Origin: Promethearchaeia archaeon
GTDB lineage: Archaea; Asgardarchaeota; Lokiarchaeia; Sigyniarchaeales; SOKP01
Direction: 5' to 3'
DNA length: 64,000 bases
Assembly: GCA_029856145.1 (NCBI GenBank)
Contig: JAHQWK010000020.1
Coordinates: 32,001-96,000 of the forward strand
The position numbers and the translations under genes are program-made. A model generated the notes under the pieces. That model searched no databases. It saw nothing but the letters and a program-made list of their open reading frames with translations, and was not told the DNA's origin. Below, one piece after another: positions 55,916-64,000 of this stretch (position 1 is its first letter; each line of letters begins with the position of its first letter).

Positions 55916-57649
55916 CTATTTTCCAAATAAACCCTTATTTTTTTTATAAAGACCAAGTAATTTCATTGCGGGGGGTGTTTCAAAAGCAATATCTACATCA
56001 ATGACTGCTGGTTTTTTTGAATCAATGGCACGTTGCAATGCTGTTTTTATTTCTTCGGGGTTACTTATCTTCTCTCCATGGCATCCAAAACCTCGAGCAA
56101 TTTCTGCATAATCTATTGGTGGAAAATCTACATCATAGTATCTTTTATCCAAATTAAGTTTTTGATTTGATTTTATCATACCCCACGCGCAATTATTACC
56201 GATTATAATAATTATAGGAAGATTTAACCTTACTGCTGTTTCCAATTCTTGTACATTAAACATAAAGCTACCATCTCCAGTAATACATACGACTAATTTA
56301 TCTGGTTTAGCCATTTGTGCGCCAATAGCATATGGAATCCCAATACCTAAATGACCCATTGAAACAGAGCGAAAAAAACTTCTTGGGGGGCGCGGTTTAA
56401 GACTTATTAAATCCAATGAAAAAACAAAAATATCTCCCCCATCGATGACTAGTTGTGTATCATCTGGTATGAAATCTAGAACTTCATATATAAGTCTGTG
56501 AGGTTTCATGGGTAATTTATTAGATTTTAACATTTTTTCTATCTGTTGTTTATCACTTTTCCTTACATCTTGCAAATATTCATTCCATTGAGACCATTCA
56601 GTAACTTTTTCTTTAGGAAGATTCTTTTCCATTTCTTCTAATAGTTGATTAATGACAGCTTTGGCATCTCCAACAATTGCAACGTTCACTGGTCTATTTT
56701 TACCAATTTCTGTCGGGTCTATATCAACTTGGATAATTTTTTGATCTTGATTCCAAAGAGGGGAAGCTCCATAAATAATTGTATGGTCCCATTTACACCC
56801 AAGAGAGAGGACTACATTTGCTTCAATAGCAGCTCTTCTATATGCCATTGCAGTCAATTTTCCTCCTACAAATGTTTTATCTGTTGTAACTGCTCCTATC
56901 CCGCTTAAAGTTGTTCCAACAGGAATATTGTAGGTTTCTGATAGCTTATTTACCTCATTAAAAGCTTCTGAAGCTATGACACCGCCACCAGCTACAATTA
57001 AAGGTTTATTAACAGTCTTTAAAAGCTCTACTGCCTTAATTATACAGTCTATATTTCCAGCAGGTCTATATAATGGACGATAATGTTCTGGATCTAAAAC
57101 TTTTTTAAAATCCTCCTCCGTAGCTTCTCTAACTAATGCTGTTTCCCTTAATTCGAGAAATACAGGCCCCCTTCTTCCAGTCAACGCAGTTTTTATACAT
57201 CTTTGAACGGCATGTGGTATTTCATATGGATCTTCTACTGAAACTTGTAATTTTGTAATAGGTTTCATTAAACTCATTTGGTCTAAATCACCTTGCAATA
57301 TTCCGATATTATCAAACATTCTAGCGATTTGAGAACCAATTACCAACATTGGTATCGAATCTGCATTTGCTGCAGCAACAGCGGGGATCAGATGAGTGAC
57401 TCCAGGACCTGCTGTCCCAAAACAAACCCCTATTTCTCCAGTTGCTCTTGCCCATGCGTCTGCCATATGTGCTCCAGCTTGTTCGTGCCGTACCATTACA
57501 GTGTCAATACCTTCTTCACGACCCCAGCGCCCAATAGCATCATAAATCTTTAGTAATTCTCCACCAACAAGACCAAAAATTTTAGTAATGCCTTCTTTTA
57601 TTAGGCATTTAACTAGTAAATCGCCACCATTTAACATTTGATTTGACAT
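55916..57649 (-). CDS. Thiamine-diphosphate enzyme (acetolactate synthase / 2-hydroxyacyl-CoA lyase-like)
   Basis: RHEQAGAHMADAWAR, TAGPG, GDGSFMFNVQELETAVR...GNN TPP motif. Confidence 0.92.
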   Translation of the reverse strand: MSNQMLNGGDLLVKCLIKEGITKIFGLVGGELLKIYDAIGRWGREEGIDTVMVRHEQAGAHMADAWARATGEIGVCFGTAGPGVTHLIPAVAAANADSIPMLVIGSQIARMFDNIGILQGDLDQMSLMKPITKLQVSVEDPYEIPHAVQRCIKTALTGRRGPVFLELRETALVREATEEDFKKVLDPEHYRPLYRPAGNIDCIIKAVELLKTVNKPLIVAGGGVIASEAFNEVNKLSETYNIPVGTTLSGIGAVTTDKTFVGGKLTAMAYRRAAIEANVVLSLGCKWDHTIIYGASPLWNQDQKIIQVDIDPTEIGKNRPVNVAIVGDAKAVINQLLEEMEKNLPKEKVTEWSQWNEYLQDVRKSDKQQIEKMLKSNKLPMKPHRLIYEVLDFIPDDTQLVIDGGDIFVFSLDLISLKPRPPRSFFRSVSMGHLGIGIPYAIGAQMAKPDKLVVCITGDGSFMFNVQELETAVRLNLPIIIIIGNNCAWGMIKSNQKLNLDKRYYDVDFPPIDYAEIARGFGCHGEKISNPEEIKTALQRAIDSKKPAVIDVDIAFETPPAMKLLGLYKKNKGLFGK

Positions 57650-57715
57650 ATTTAGACCTATTACAAATAAAAAATAAAGTTTATGATAAAAAGAGATTCA
57701 ACAAATATGTACAAA

Positions 57716-58159
57716 TTAGAGGGCAATCAATTCGAGATAATAACCTAAAATATCTTTTGTGTCTAAATAGAAAAATTCAACTCTTCCAACTTTTCCTGAT
57801 TGAATCACATCTATATTATATACATTCTTAAAATGATTAATTTTTGTCTCAGTATTTTTGGTATATACGCCTAAATGATGTAAGCCTATATTTCCTTCTT
57901 TAAGAAATTCAGAATATAAATGATCACCAGTAGATTCTAATAATTCAATAATTTCAAACTGTTTACCACTAAAATTTAGCATTATTTTTTTCATTTTAAA
58001 TTCCACTTCTTTTCCTTTATAAGTTACAGTGCTAGTTTGTTCAATAACCTTGATTTTTCCATTAAGATCCAGTAAAACATTATACAATGATGCTGCTTTT
58101 TCAATATCTTTAACTAAGATTCCAATTTGATCAAATTTTGATAATTTTAGTTTTAACAT
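57716..58159 (-). CDS. VOC / glyoxalase-fold protein (methylmalonyl-CoA epimerase-like)
   Basis: QIGILVKDIEKA, FEIIE, GLHHLG, YLELI. Confidence 0.85.
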   Translation of the reverse strand: MLKLKLSKFDQIGILVKDIEKAASLYNVLLDLNGKIKVIEQTSTVTYKGKEVEFKMKKIMLNFSGKQFEIIELLESTGDHLYSEFLKEGNIGLHHLGVYTKNTETKINHFKNVYNIDVIQSGKVGRVEFFYLDTKDILGYYLELIAL

Positions 58160-58176
58160 AATTGCTAAATTAATTT

Positions 58177-59466
58177 TTATTTTACTTCTTTTGCAAACTG
58201 TAATTTAGAAATTGGTTTTTTTAAGGGAAATTCCCCTTTTAAGATCATTGATTTCAATTGTTCAGCTAATTTTATTGCTCCATATCTATCTGATTGTCTT
58301 AAAACAATTGGGATATCTTTGCCTTCGAATTCAATTGTTTTTAAATCTAATTCAAAAGCTTCTGGACATAAATGAGTACAATTGCCACAATTAAAACAGC
58401 GGGAACGATCTATAGCAGAGATCATACCCTCTTTTATAATAAACGCATTAGTAGGACATTTATCAATAGCTTTGCACTCTTCACAATTTTTACAGGCATC
58501 TGGATTAAACCTCATAAAAAAATTATTTTTCCAAACATCGCCATAAGTGATTTCTCCTACTTTTTCACGTCCTACGAGACTTAAAATTGTTAATTTAACT
58601 AATTTATCAGATTTTATTATATTATTGAAGATATTCTCATTTAATATAGGAATAGGGAGGGCTAAGCTACAAATAGGCTCCAATCCATAAGAAGTTTTGA
58701 ATGCACCCATGTATTCTGGTTTCATTCCTTTAAATGGAGCGATAGTCATCATATTAGGTTTTTCTATATAATTACGAGTTCCAGGACCCATGAGATGTCC
58801 TATATTTCCGTTTACAAGAACAGGAGAACCAACACCAAACGATTCAAATTCAGGATCATTTTGAAAGGGATTAAGTGCTCCACATCCAGAAAAAGTAATT
58901 TCTGTTTTATTAGGTGAAAAAGGAAGACAAGAGAAAATTGTGTTAACATTATAAGTTTCGCAATTTATCATAGCATTGTAATTCTTTATAGCTTGTCTAG
59001 TTCCTGCTAATTTGGCAAATTGCATATCTTCTAAATCCATTACTTTTTCGATGGTTTCACCTTCAGCACTCTTAGCTAAGATTTCTATAGGTTTTCCTTC
59101 AGCAATTTCTCTAAATAAAGAACCACCACAATAATTGTCTTTCGTACGACTTTGAGTAGTTCCATAGATAATTAGATCCACTATACCTAAATATTCATTT
59201 GGACAAGGTCCAGGAAAAGCAGGTATTCCATTAATATCAACTTCAGTAAATTTTCTCAAAGTTTTCGGTGGTGAGAGTCGAAAAGAGAAAATCCCCATAA
59301 TTCCGCTCATAAGCCCTTTTGTTGCTGTTGTAACGATATCAACATCTTCAAATTTAACTTTCTTACCTTCACTTATTTGATCTATTAATTCTTGAACGGT
59401 TAATACCACAGCGGACCCATTTTCAACCTTCTTTCTGATTTCTGAAAGCTTTCTTTTTTTGGCCAC
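58177..59466 (-). CDS. DUF39 (homocysteine biosynthesis) family Fe-S protein, 'methanogenesis marker 16'-like
   Basis: DIVTTAT.G.MSG, GPCPNE, SGCGALNPFQNDP; C-terminal ferredoxin motifs CKNCEEC...CP and CFNCGNCTHLCP. Confidence 0.8.
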   Translation of the reverse strand: MAKKRKLSEIRKKVENGSAVVLTVQELIDQISEGKKVKFEDVDIVTTATKGLMSGIMGIFSFRLSPPKTLRKFTEVDINGIPAFPGPCPNEYLGIVDLIIYGTTQSRTKDNYCGGSLFREIAEGKPIEILAKSAEGETIEKVMDLEDMQFAKLAGTRQAIKNYNAMINCETYNVNTIFSCLPFSPNKTEITFSGCGALNPFQNDPEFESFGVGSPVLVNGNIGHLMGPGTRNYIEKPNMMTIAPFKGMKPEYMGAFKTSYGLEPICSLALPIPILNENIFNNIIKSDKLVKLTILSLVGREKVGEITYGDVWKNNFFMRFNPDACKNCEECKAIDKCPTNAFIIKEGMISAIDRSRCFNCGNCTHLCPEAFELDLKTIEFEGKDIPIVLRQSDRYGAIKLAEQLKSMILKGEFPLKKPISKLQFAKEVK

Positions 59467-59585
59467 TAGAAATCCTCACATAAATTCAAAAGCTAACATT
59501 TTAAATATTTATTTATAATAAAATTTTTTTATTTTTATAATTCTTAAGATAATTATAGAGAGTTTAGCAGTTTTTTGAGGTTATA

Positions 59586-60311
59586 TTGTTTTTGTCATAT
59601 TTTGAATCAAGACTACCAGCAGATTTCGATAATTTTACAGAAATGCTTAAAAAATTAGAATTTTGTGAAAAGCTAGGGATTAAAAATGTTATTTTGGAGC
59701 CTATAAATAAATTAAAAGTAATACCATTAGAAATAAAAAAGAAAATAAAAAGCAATACAACACTAAACGTATTTTTTCGAATTAATTTAAGATTAAATAA
59801 TCTTGAGGATTTCAAAAAAAGAATTAAACAATATAACAATTGTTCTGACATCCTTTCAATTGAGTCCTTAAATAAAGAAGTTCAATTACAAGCAGCAAGA
59901 GATTCAAGGGTTGATATTATCTCTTTTTCTAATCTGCAGATAATTAAAACACTTACTCCCGGAGTAATCTCACTCACTAAACAAAATAATTCATTTTTGG
60001 AATTTTCGTTAGCTTCAATCATGATAACAAACAAGGCAAACCAATCAAAAAATTTTAGAAATCTATATAGATTTATCCAGTTAGCTTTAAAATATAAAGC
60101 AAATTGTATCATTAGCGGAAATTTTGATGATTTGTATGATCTTAGACACCCTAGAGCCTTAATAAGCATTTGCAATTCTCTTTTAGGAATTTCTTTAGAT
60201 AGAGCAAAGAAAATCTTTATAGTAAATCCAATTTTATTGTTGGAGAGAACTGAAAAACATCATAGTAATAAACTTGAACCAGAAGTTAGATTAATTAAAG
60301 GTGGGGATTAA
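59586..60311 (+). CDS. rnp3: Ribonuclease P protein component 3 (Rpp30)
   Basis: AARDSRVDII, LEFSL, IISGN...YDLRHPR; followed by Pop5. Confidence 0.85.
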   Translation: MFLSYFESRLPADFDNFTEMLKKLEFCEKLGIKNVILEPINKLKVIPLEIKKKIKSNTTLNVFFRINLRLNNLEDFKKRIKQYNNCSDILSIESLNKEVQLQAARDSRVDIISFSNLQIIKTLTPGVISLTKQNNSFLEFSLASIMITNKANQSKNFRNLYRFIQLALKYKANCIISGNFDDLYDLRHPRALISICNSLLGISLDRAKKIFIVNPILLLERTEKHHSNKLEPEVRLIKGGD

Positions 60312-60646
60312 TAATAGGTCGAAAAGAAAGGCAGAGATATATTTCCTTTAAAATAATTAAAGAAAATAAAATAGATATCACTCAAAATTCACTTTTAAAA
60401 TCAATTTGGCAATCGATCTGGAGATATTTTGGATTGAAAGAAGCAAATAAAATTGGATTATGGTTAATAGAACTTAATTTGGATGAAGAATATGGAATTA
60501 TAAGATGTTCTCACCAGACTAAAGAAACAATAATTTCTGCTTTAAGCCTTGTAAAAGAAATTAATGGAATAAAAGTCATTCTATCACCATTTAAAACTTC
60601 AGGAACTATTCTATCACTAAAAAAAAGAATTAATAAAGAAAAATAG
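60311..60646 (+). CDS. rnp2: Ribonuclease P protein component 2 (Pop5/Rpp14)
   Basis: GIIRCSH and TSGTILSLK. The conserved N-terminal RKERQRYISFKII lies upstream of the track start TTG 60434. No ATG/GTG/TTG exists back to the stop at 60296-60298, so the start is placed at ATA 60311 (or 60314), overlapping the rnp3 TAA. Confidence 0.85.
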   Translation: MIGRKERQRYISFKIIKENKIDITQNSLLKSIWQSIWRYFGLKEANKIGLWLIELNLDEEYGIIRCSHQTKETIISALSLVKEINGIKVILSPFKTSGTILSLKKRINKEK

Positions 60647-60672
60647 ATTTAGATTAAAAAATTATTTTTTAA

Positions 60673-61113
60673 TTGAAAATGAAGGTATACAATTTAACAA
60701 AAGCCCATATTCAGCATATTGATGATATCTCCAGAACTACATTAAAACTTTCATTATTAAACATAAAAAATCTAGAGAATAATCCATTTCTTTTAATAGT
60801 TCAATCAATTATTGAGAACTCTATAAAAGTCTCAATTTATCCACTAAAAAAAGAGAAAATCATAAAGGTGACATTCTCAACATTAAACTTTTCTAATGAG
60901 GTTTTTGATAGAATTTCCAATATCTTTCAAAATTATCAGGTTATTCATACATCCGGATTTTTACTTATTGAAAAACAACTTTATTATGAGTGTTATTTGA
61001 ATTTAAATTTAGATGAAACAAAAGCTATGGGTTTAGATGCTTCTTTAAATAAGATTAAAAATATATTTAAACAAATAAAAATAGAAGAAATTGGACTGAA
61101 AAAACATATATAA
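60673..61113 (+). CDS. Hypothetical protein, possible C-terminal ACT-like domain
   Basis: Intact ORF in operon context; IHTSGF...YECYL beta-alpha pattern. Confidence 0.55.
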   Translation: MKMKVYNLTKAHIQHIDDISRTTLKLSLLNIKNLENNPFLLIVQSIIENSIKVSIYPLKKEKIIKVTFSTLNFSNEVFDRISNIFQNYQVIHTSGFLLIEKQLYYECYLNLNLDETKAMGLDASLNKIKNIFKQIKIEEIGLKKHI

Positions 61114-61117
61114 AACT

Positions 61118-61570
61118 ATGATGAATATTTGGAGAGTCTTTTTGAAATTATCAGACGGAGAAGATAAAGAGCTTGAATTATTTGATGCTAAAGGATATTT
61201 TGGAGGGTACTTGAAGATTAAAAGAAGTTATTTTAATGCTCTAGTTAAAACAATTAAAATGACTAAAAAATATCATACTCAAAAAACAATTGAAAAGGTA
61301 GTTGGACCTGATGATGATGATTGGACACAAAATCCTTGGATGCTTATAATAGTAAAAGATAATGAAAAAAAAAACCCTTTTTGGTTTTTCATTAAAAGAG
61401 AAAAAGATTTATCTGGTATCCTTGTTGCTATAGGCCCTAAACCATTCGCTGAATATAATAGTAATAATTCACTAGACGCTAAACGAGAGATTAAACGTCT
61501 GATGAATTATATTATAGTTTATTTAAATAAATTTAATTGTGTTGTCATGCTTCCTAGTTTTCTTCACTGA
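61118..61570 (+). CDS. Hypothetical protein
   Basis: Intact 150-aa ORF, 4 nt after the previous gene. Confidence 0.7.
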   Translation: MMNIWRVFLKLSDGEDKELELFDAKGYFGGYLKIKRSYFNALVKTIKMTKKYHTQKTIEKVVGPDDDDWTQNPWMLIIVKDNEKKNPFWFFIKREKDLSGILVAIGPKPFAEYNSNNSLDAKREIKRLMNYIIVYLNKFNCVVMLPSFLH

Positions 61571-61725
61571 ATGGAAGATATTTCAATTAATTTTTAATAC
61601 TAAAGTTGATGTCGAATTTTTAGTAAAACATAAAATTTATACGAAAAATATTAAATTCAATTTTAATTATCAATTTTTATATTTAGCATTACAGAAAATA
61701 GAAGTATTTAAAAATAAATGGCTTT

Positions 61726-62529
61726 TTGATCTTGAAGAGAGAGAATTTTAGAGTATTAACCTGTATTATAATTATAAATATAACTATAGTTTCCCTATTT
61801 CTTTTAGCAAATGGCTATTGTGCTACTGAAGAAATCAATTCAAAGTATGGAGAATCCCCTGTAATTGATGGTTATATGGATCTCTCAGCAAAAGAATGGA
61901 ATAAAGCTGCCTTTAATGATGAAATTTCATTAGAGGGTATTCCTATTGATTTATGGGTTATGCATGATGATACAAATCTTTATATTTCTATCCAGTTTGA
62001 TTTATTACTCGGACATCACAAAATAAATGAATTTATTGGGCTCATTATATCAAATAGTTCTTCTGAGGATAAAGAAGAATTTATTGATGCTAAAATAATT
62101 CAGTTCACTAATATCTCTGCAAATGAATATAACTATTTTGATTATAATGTTAGTGGGAGCGTTTTTTTAATCGATACAGAAAAAAATGGAGATGGAGCTG
62201 CTAAACTTGAAGAACTTACATCTACTTATGAATTTGCTTTACCCATTAAAGGCCATGATGCAAATGAAGATGATGCAGCATTAGATTATGGTAATGGTTA
62301 TGCTTTCAATATTACTTATGGAGAAACACCAGCCTACCCTGGTGGTATTAAAAAAAGTTCAATAGTTCTCATCAATATTAAAGCATTAGCTGGTCCAATA
62401 CCATCAATTATCAATGTTGTTTTTTCTGTGTTAAGTATAATAGTATTTAGCGTTCTTGGAATTGTTCTAGGTTTTTACATTTATAGAATTTTTAAACTAA
62501 AAGAAAATATAGAAAAATATAGAAGATAA
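61726..62529 (+). CDS. Secreted, membrane-anchored DOMON/CBM9-like domain protein
   Basis: Signal peptide, SPVIDG...EW, LWVMHDDTNLYISI, TYEFALP, C-terminal TM followed by a basic tail. Confidence 0.7.
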   Translation: MILKRENFRVLTCIIIINITIVSLFLLANGYCATEEINSKYGESPVIDGYMDLSAKEWNKAAFNDEISLEGIPIDLWVMHDDTNLYISIQFDLLLGHHKINEFIGLIISNSSSEDKEEFIDAKIIQFTNISANEYNYFDYNVSGSVFLIDTEKNGDGAAKLEELTSTYEFALPIKGHDANEDDAALDYGNGYAFNITYGETPAYPGGIKKSSIVLINIKALAGPIPSIINVVFSVLSIIVFSVLGIVLGFYIYRIFKLKENIEKYRR

Positions 62530-62530
62530 T

Positions 62531-62944
62531 ATGTCAAAAATTCCTAAACAACCAGAAAAGAAACAAAAAACAAAGGAAAAATATCGATCTGATGAAAATT
62601 TTGCTTTTAGATCAATAATCATATCAGCTATATTAGGATGTATTTCTTTTATTGTATCACTTCTTTTTAATGCTGAAATAATAACAGTTTTTATGAATAT
62701 AGATTTATTATGGACCTTTATTGATATAAGCATAAAAGTAATTGCTGTTTTATTGTTTTTTCTATTTATTATTACCAGCTATGCGAATTATAAAGAATTA
62801 ATTGGTAAACGATTAAATTGGAAAGAACTACTTTTACTTATATTTTTCTCTATTGGTCAGACTCTGTTAAATCCATCAGTTTTTATTCTTACTCTTATTG
62901 GTATATTTATTATTTTAATCTACTTATTTCTTATTCAAGAGTAA
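62531..62944 (+). CDS. Small four-TM membrane protein
   Basis: Four hydrophobic segments; 1 nt after the previous stop. Confidence 0.75.
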   Translation: MSKIPKQPEKKQKTKEKYRSDENFAFRSIIISAILGCISFIVSLLFNAEIITVFMNIDLLWTFIDISIKVIAVLLFFLFIITSYANYKELIGKRLNWKELLLLIFFSIGQTLLNPSVFILTLIGIFIILIYLFLIQE

Positions 62945-62969
62945 AAATACAATTTTTAAAAGTTCTGCT

Positions 62970-63713
62970 ATGAACTCAGAATTTTTATATATAGGACACA
63001 GAGGAACCAGAACTATTTTTGATGAAAATACAATCACCGCATTTGAAAAAGCGATCGAATTTGGTGCTAATTGTGTAGAATTTGATGTTCGAGAGACTAA
63101 AGATGGGAAATTGATAATTCTACATGATCCTACATTAAATAGAACGACAAATAGTTCAGGTTTATTAAAAAATCTTTACTATGATGAGATAAAAGAATTC
63201 AGAACTAAAAACCATAATGATACTATCCCTCTCTTATCAGAGGTTTTGAAAATATTAAAAGGAAAAACAATGTTTATGATTGAGTTGAAAGATGATAATA
63301 TAAAAGAAGATATTCTAAAGATTGTTAATAATCATAATTTATTGGAAGATTGTATTTTTAGTGGGAGAAATTTACACGAATTAGGCGAAATAAAGTCGGA
63401 TTACCATAATAGTCGAATATGCTATAATATTACAAAAGGTTTAGGTTTCAATATCAGTAAATTTTTGAAATTTGGAAGACTTAAGAAATTCAAGATTAAA
63501 CCTGATTTAATAAGTTTAAGATCGAATTTAATAACTAAAGAATTTATTGAAATTTGTTATAAATATAAAATAAAATCTTTAGCATGGAACTTTTTATTAT
63601 ACAACGATCCAATATTTCAGATTAAATCTTTAATTGATTTAGGTATTGATGGGATTTTATTTGATAACCATAGAAATATTACAAAAATTAAACATTGGCT
63701 TTACTCAACTTAA
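62970..63713 (+). CDS. Glycerophosphodiester phosphodiesterase (GDPD)
   Basis: GHRG, ENTITAF, VEFDVRETKDG...HD, IELK, GIDGILFD. Confidence 0.92.
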   Translation: MNSEFLYIGHRGTRTIFDENTITAFEKAIEFGANCVEFDVRETKDGKLIILHDPTLNRTTNSSGLLKNLYYDEIKEFRTKNHNDTIPLLSEVLKILKGKTMFMIELKDDNIKEDILKIVNNHNLLEDCIFSGRNLHELGEIKSDYHNSRICYNITKGLGFNISKFLKFGRLKKFKIKPDLISLRSNLITKEFIEICYKYKIKSLAWNFLLYNDPIFQIKSLIDLGIDGILFDNHRNITKIKHWLYST

Positions 63714-64000
63714 CTTTTTGACTTGATTATTGAAATACCACTAGGTAAATAAAGAAGAATTTCGTCTATGGATAATAACTTAATCCAAATTCTTGATTCC
63801 TTATCACTATTTTTATAAAAAGTAGATAAAATCTCTTTAGCTAACTTTCCTTTTGTGAAACCACCAGATTTTGATGGAATAATAGTTATAAGATTTTTAG
63901 TTTGCTTTTTTATTGCGGGTTTTGGACCGGAAATGAGTTTAGGATAAAAAATTTTCCGATTATCTTGAGAATCTGCTTCCAATTCAATAATTTTTAATCC
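63710..64000 (-). CDS. 3' end of a ribosome-rescue RqcH/NFACT-family gene (starts beyond the right edge of the window)
   Basis: Frame is open to base 64000. GPKPAIKK...IIP...KGKLAKEI...IDEILLYLPSG resembles the archaeal Rqc2 C-terminus. Confidence 0.6.
   Translation of the reverse strand, partial: GLKIIELEADSQDNRKIFYPKLISGPKPAIKKQTKNLITIIPSKSGGFTKGKLAKEILSTFYKNSDKESRIWIKLLSIDEILLYLPSGISIIKSKS

Noticed and set aside
899-62733. Numerous 60-150 aa track ORFs antisense to or nested within long genes (e.g. 899-1093, 12314-12544, 17881-18297, 20022-20309, 27212-27661, 59564-59851)
   Set aside because: Shadow ORFs of well-supported genes with no recognisable motifs; the Gly-rich 12314-12544 ORF is simply the antisense of the Pro tract.
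1-64000. CRISPR arrays, IS elements, integrases or a provirus (including integration at the tRNA)
   Set aside because: No regularly spaced repeats, no transposase or integrase ORFs, and no duplicated tRNA 3' end seen.

Overview
Very AT-rich, gene-dense archaeal chromosome segment. The gene content points to an Asgard archaeon of the Lokiarchaeia (Promethearchaeota) type: Rab-like and Arf/Rag-like small GTPases, a uDENN/longin-like protein, a membrane-anchored HEAT-repeat protein, plus archaeal MCM, GINS, Topo VI, rpl15e and RNase P subunits. This assignment is an inference from gene content. From left to right the window holds (1) a MoxR/DUF58/DUF4350/DUF4129/transglutaminase-like surface operon; (2) HDAC, Rab-like GTPase, mcm, HEAT membrane protein, gins, pyrE, top6A/top6B, coaBC and endoQ; (3) a MoxR-VWA-SWIM operon, an orphan DNA methyltransferase, a glycyl radical enzyme, an intron-containing tRNA-Ala(CGC) and valS; (4) cdc6-like, smc, scpA and scpB; (5) GTPase, nitrilase, HAD, longin/DENN, wHTH, a box C/D sRNA, DUF2095 and rpl15e; (6) a four-gene metabolic insert, then rnp3/rnp2, hypotheticals, GDPD and the 3' end of rqcH. 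The most notable signals are: an unusual condensin-like system (1483-aa SMC with no recognisable hinge or zinc hook, a kleisin with a hidden N-terminal HeH/SAP-like module also found in an enlarged Topo VIB, and an ATPase-degenerate Cdc6 directly upstream); several core genes that appear to need ATA/ACG/ATT start codons; an unannotated C/D guide RNA matching the 23S P-loop Gm2251 site; and a tRNA intron at position 32/33. No mobile element or CRISPR array was seen. All family calls come from motif recognition by eye; no database searches were run.
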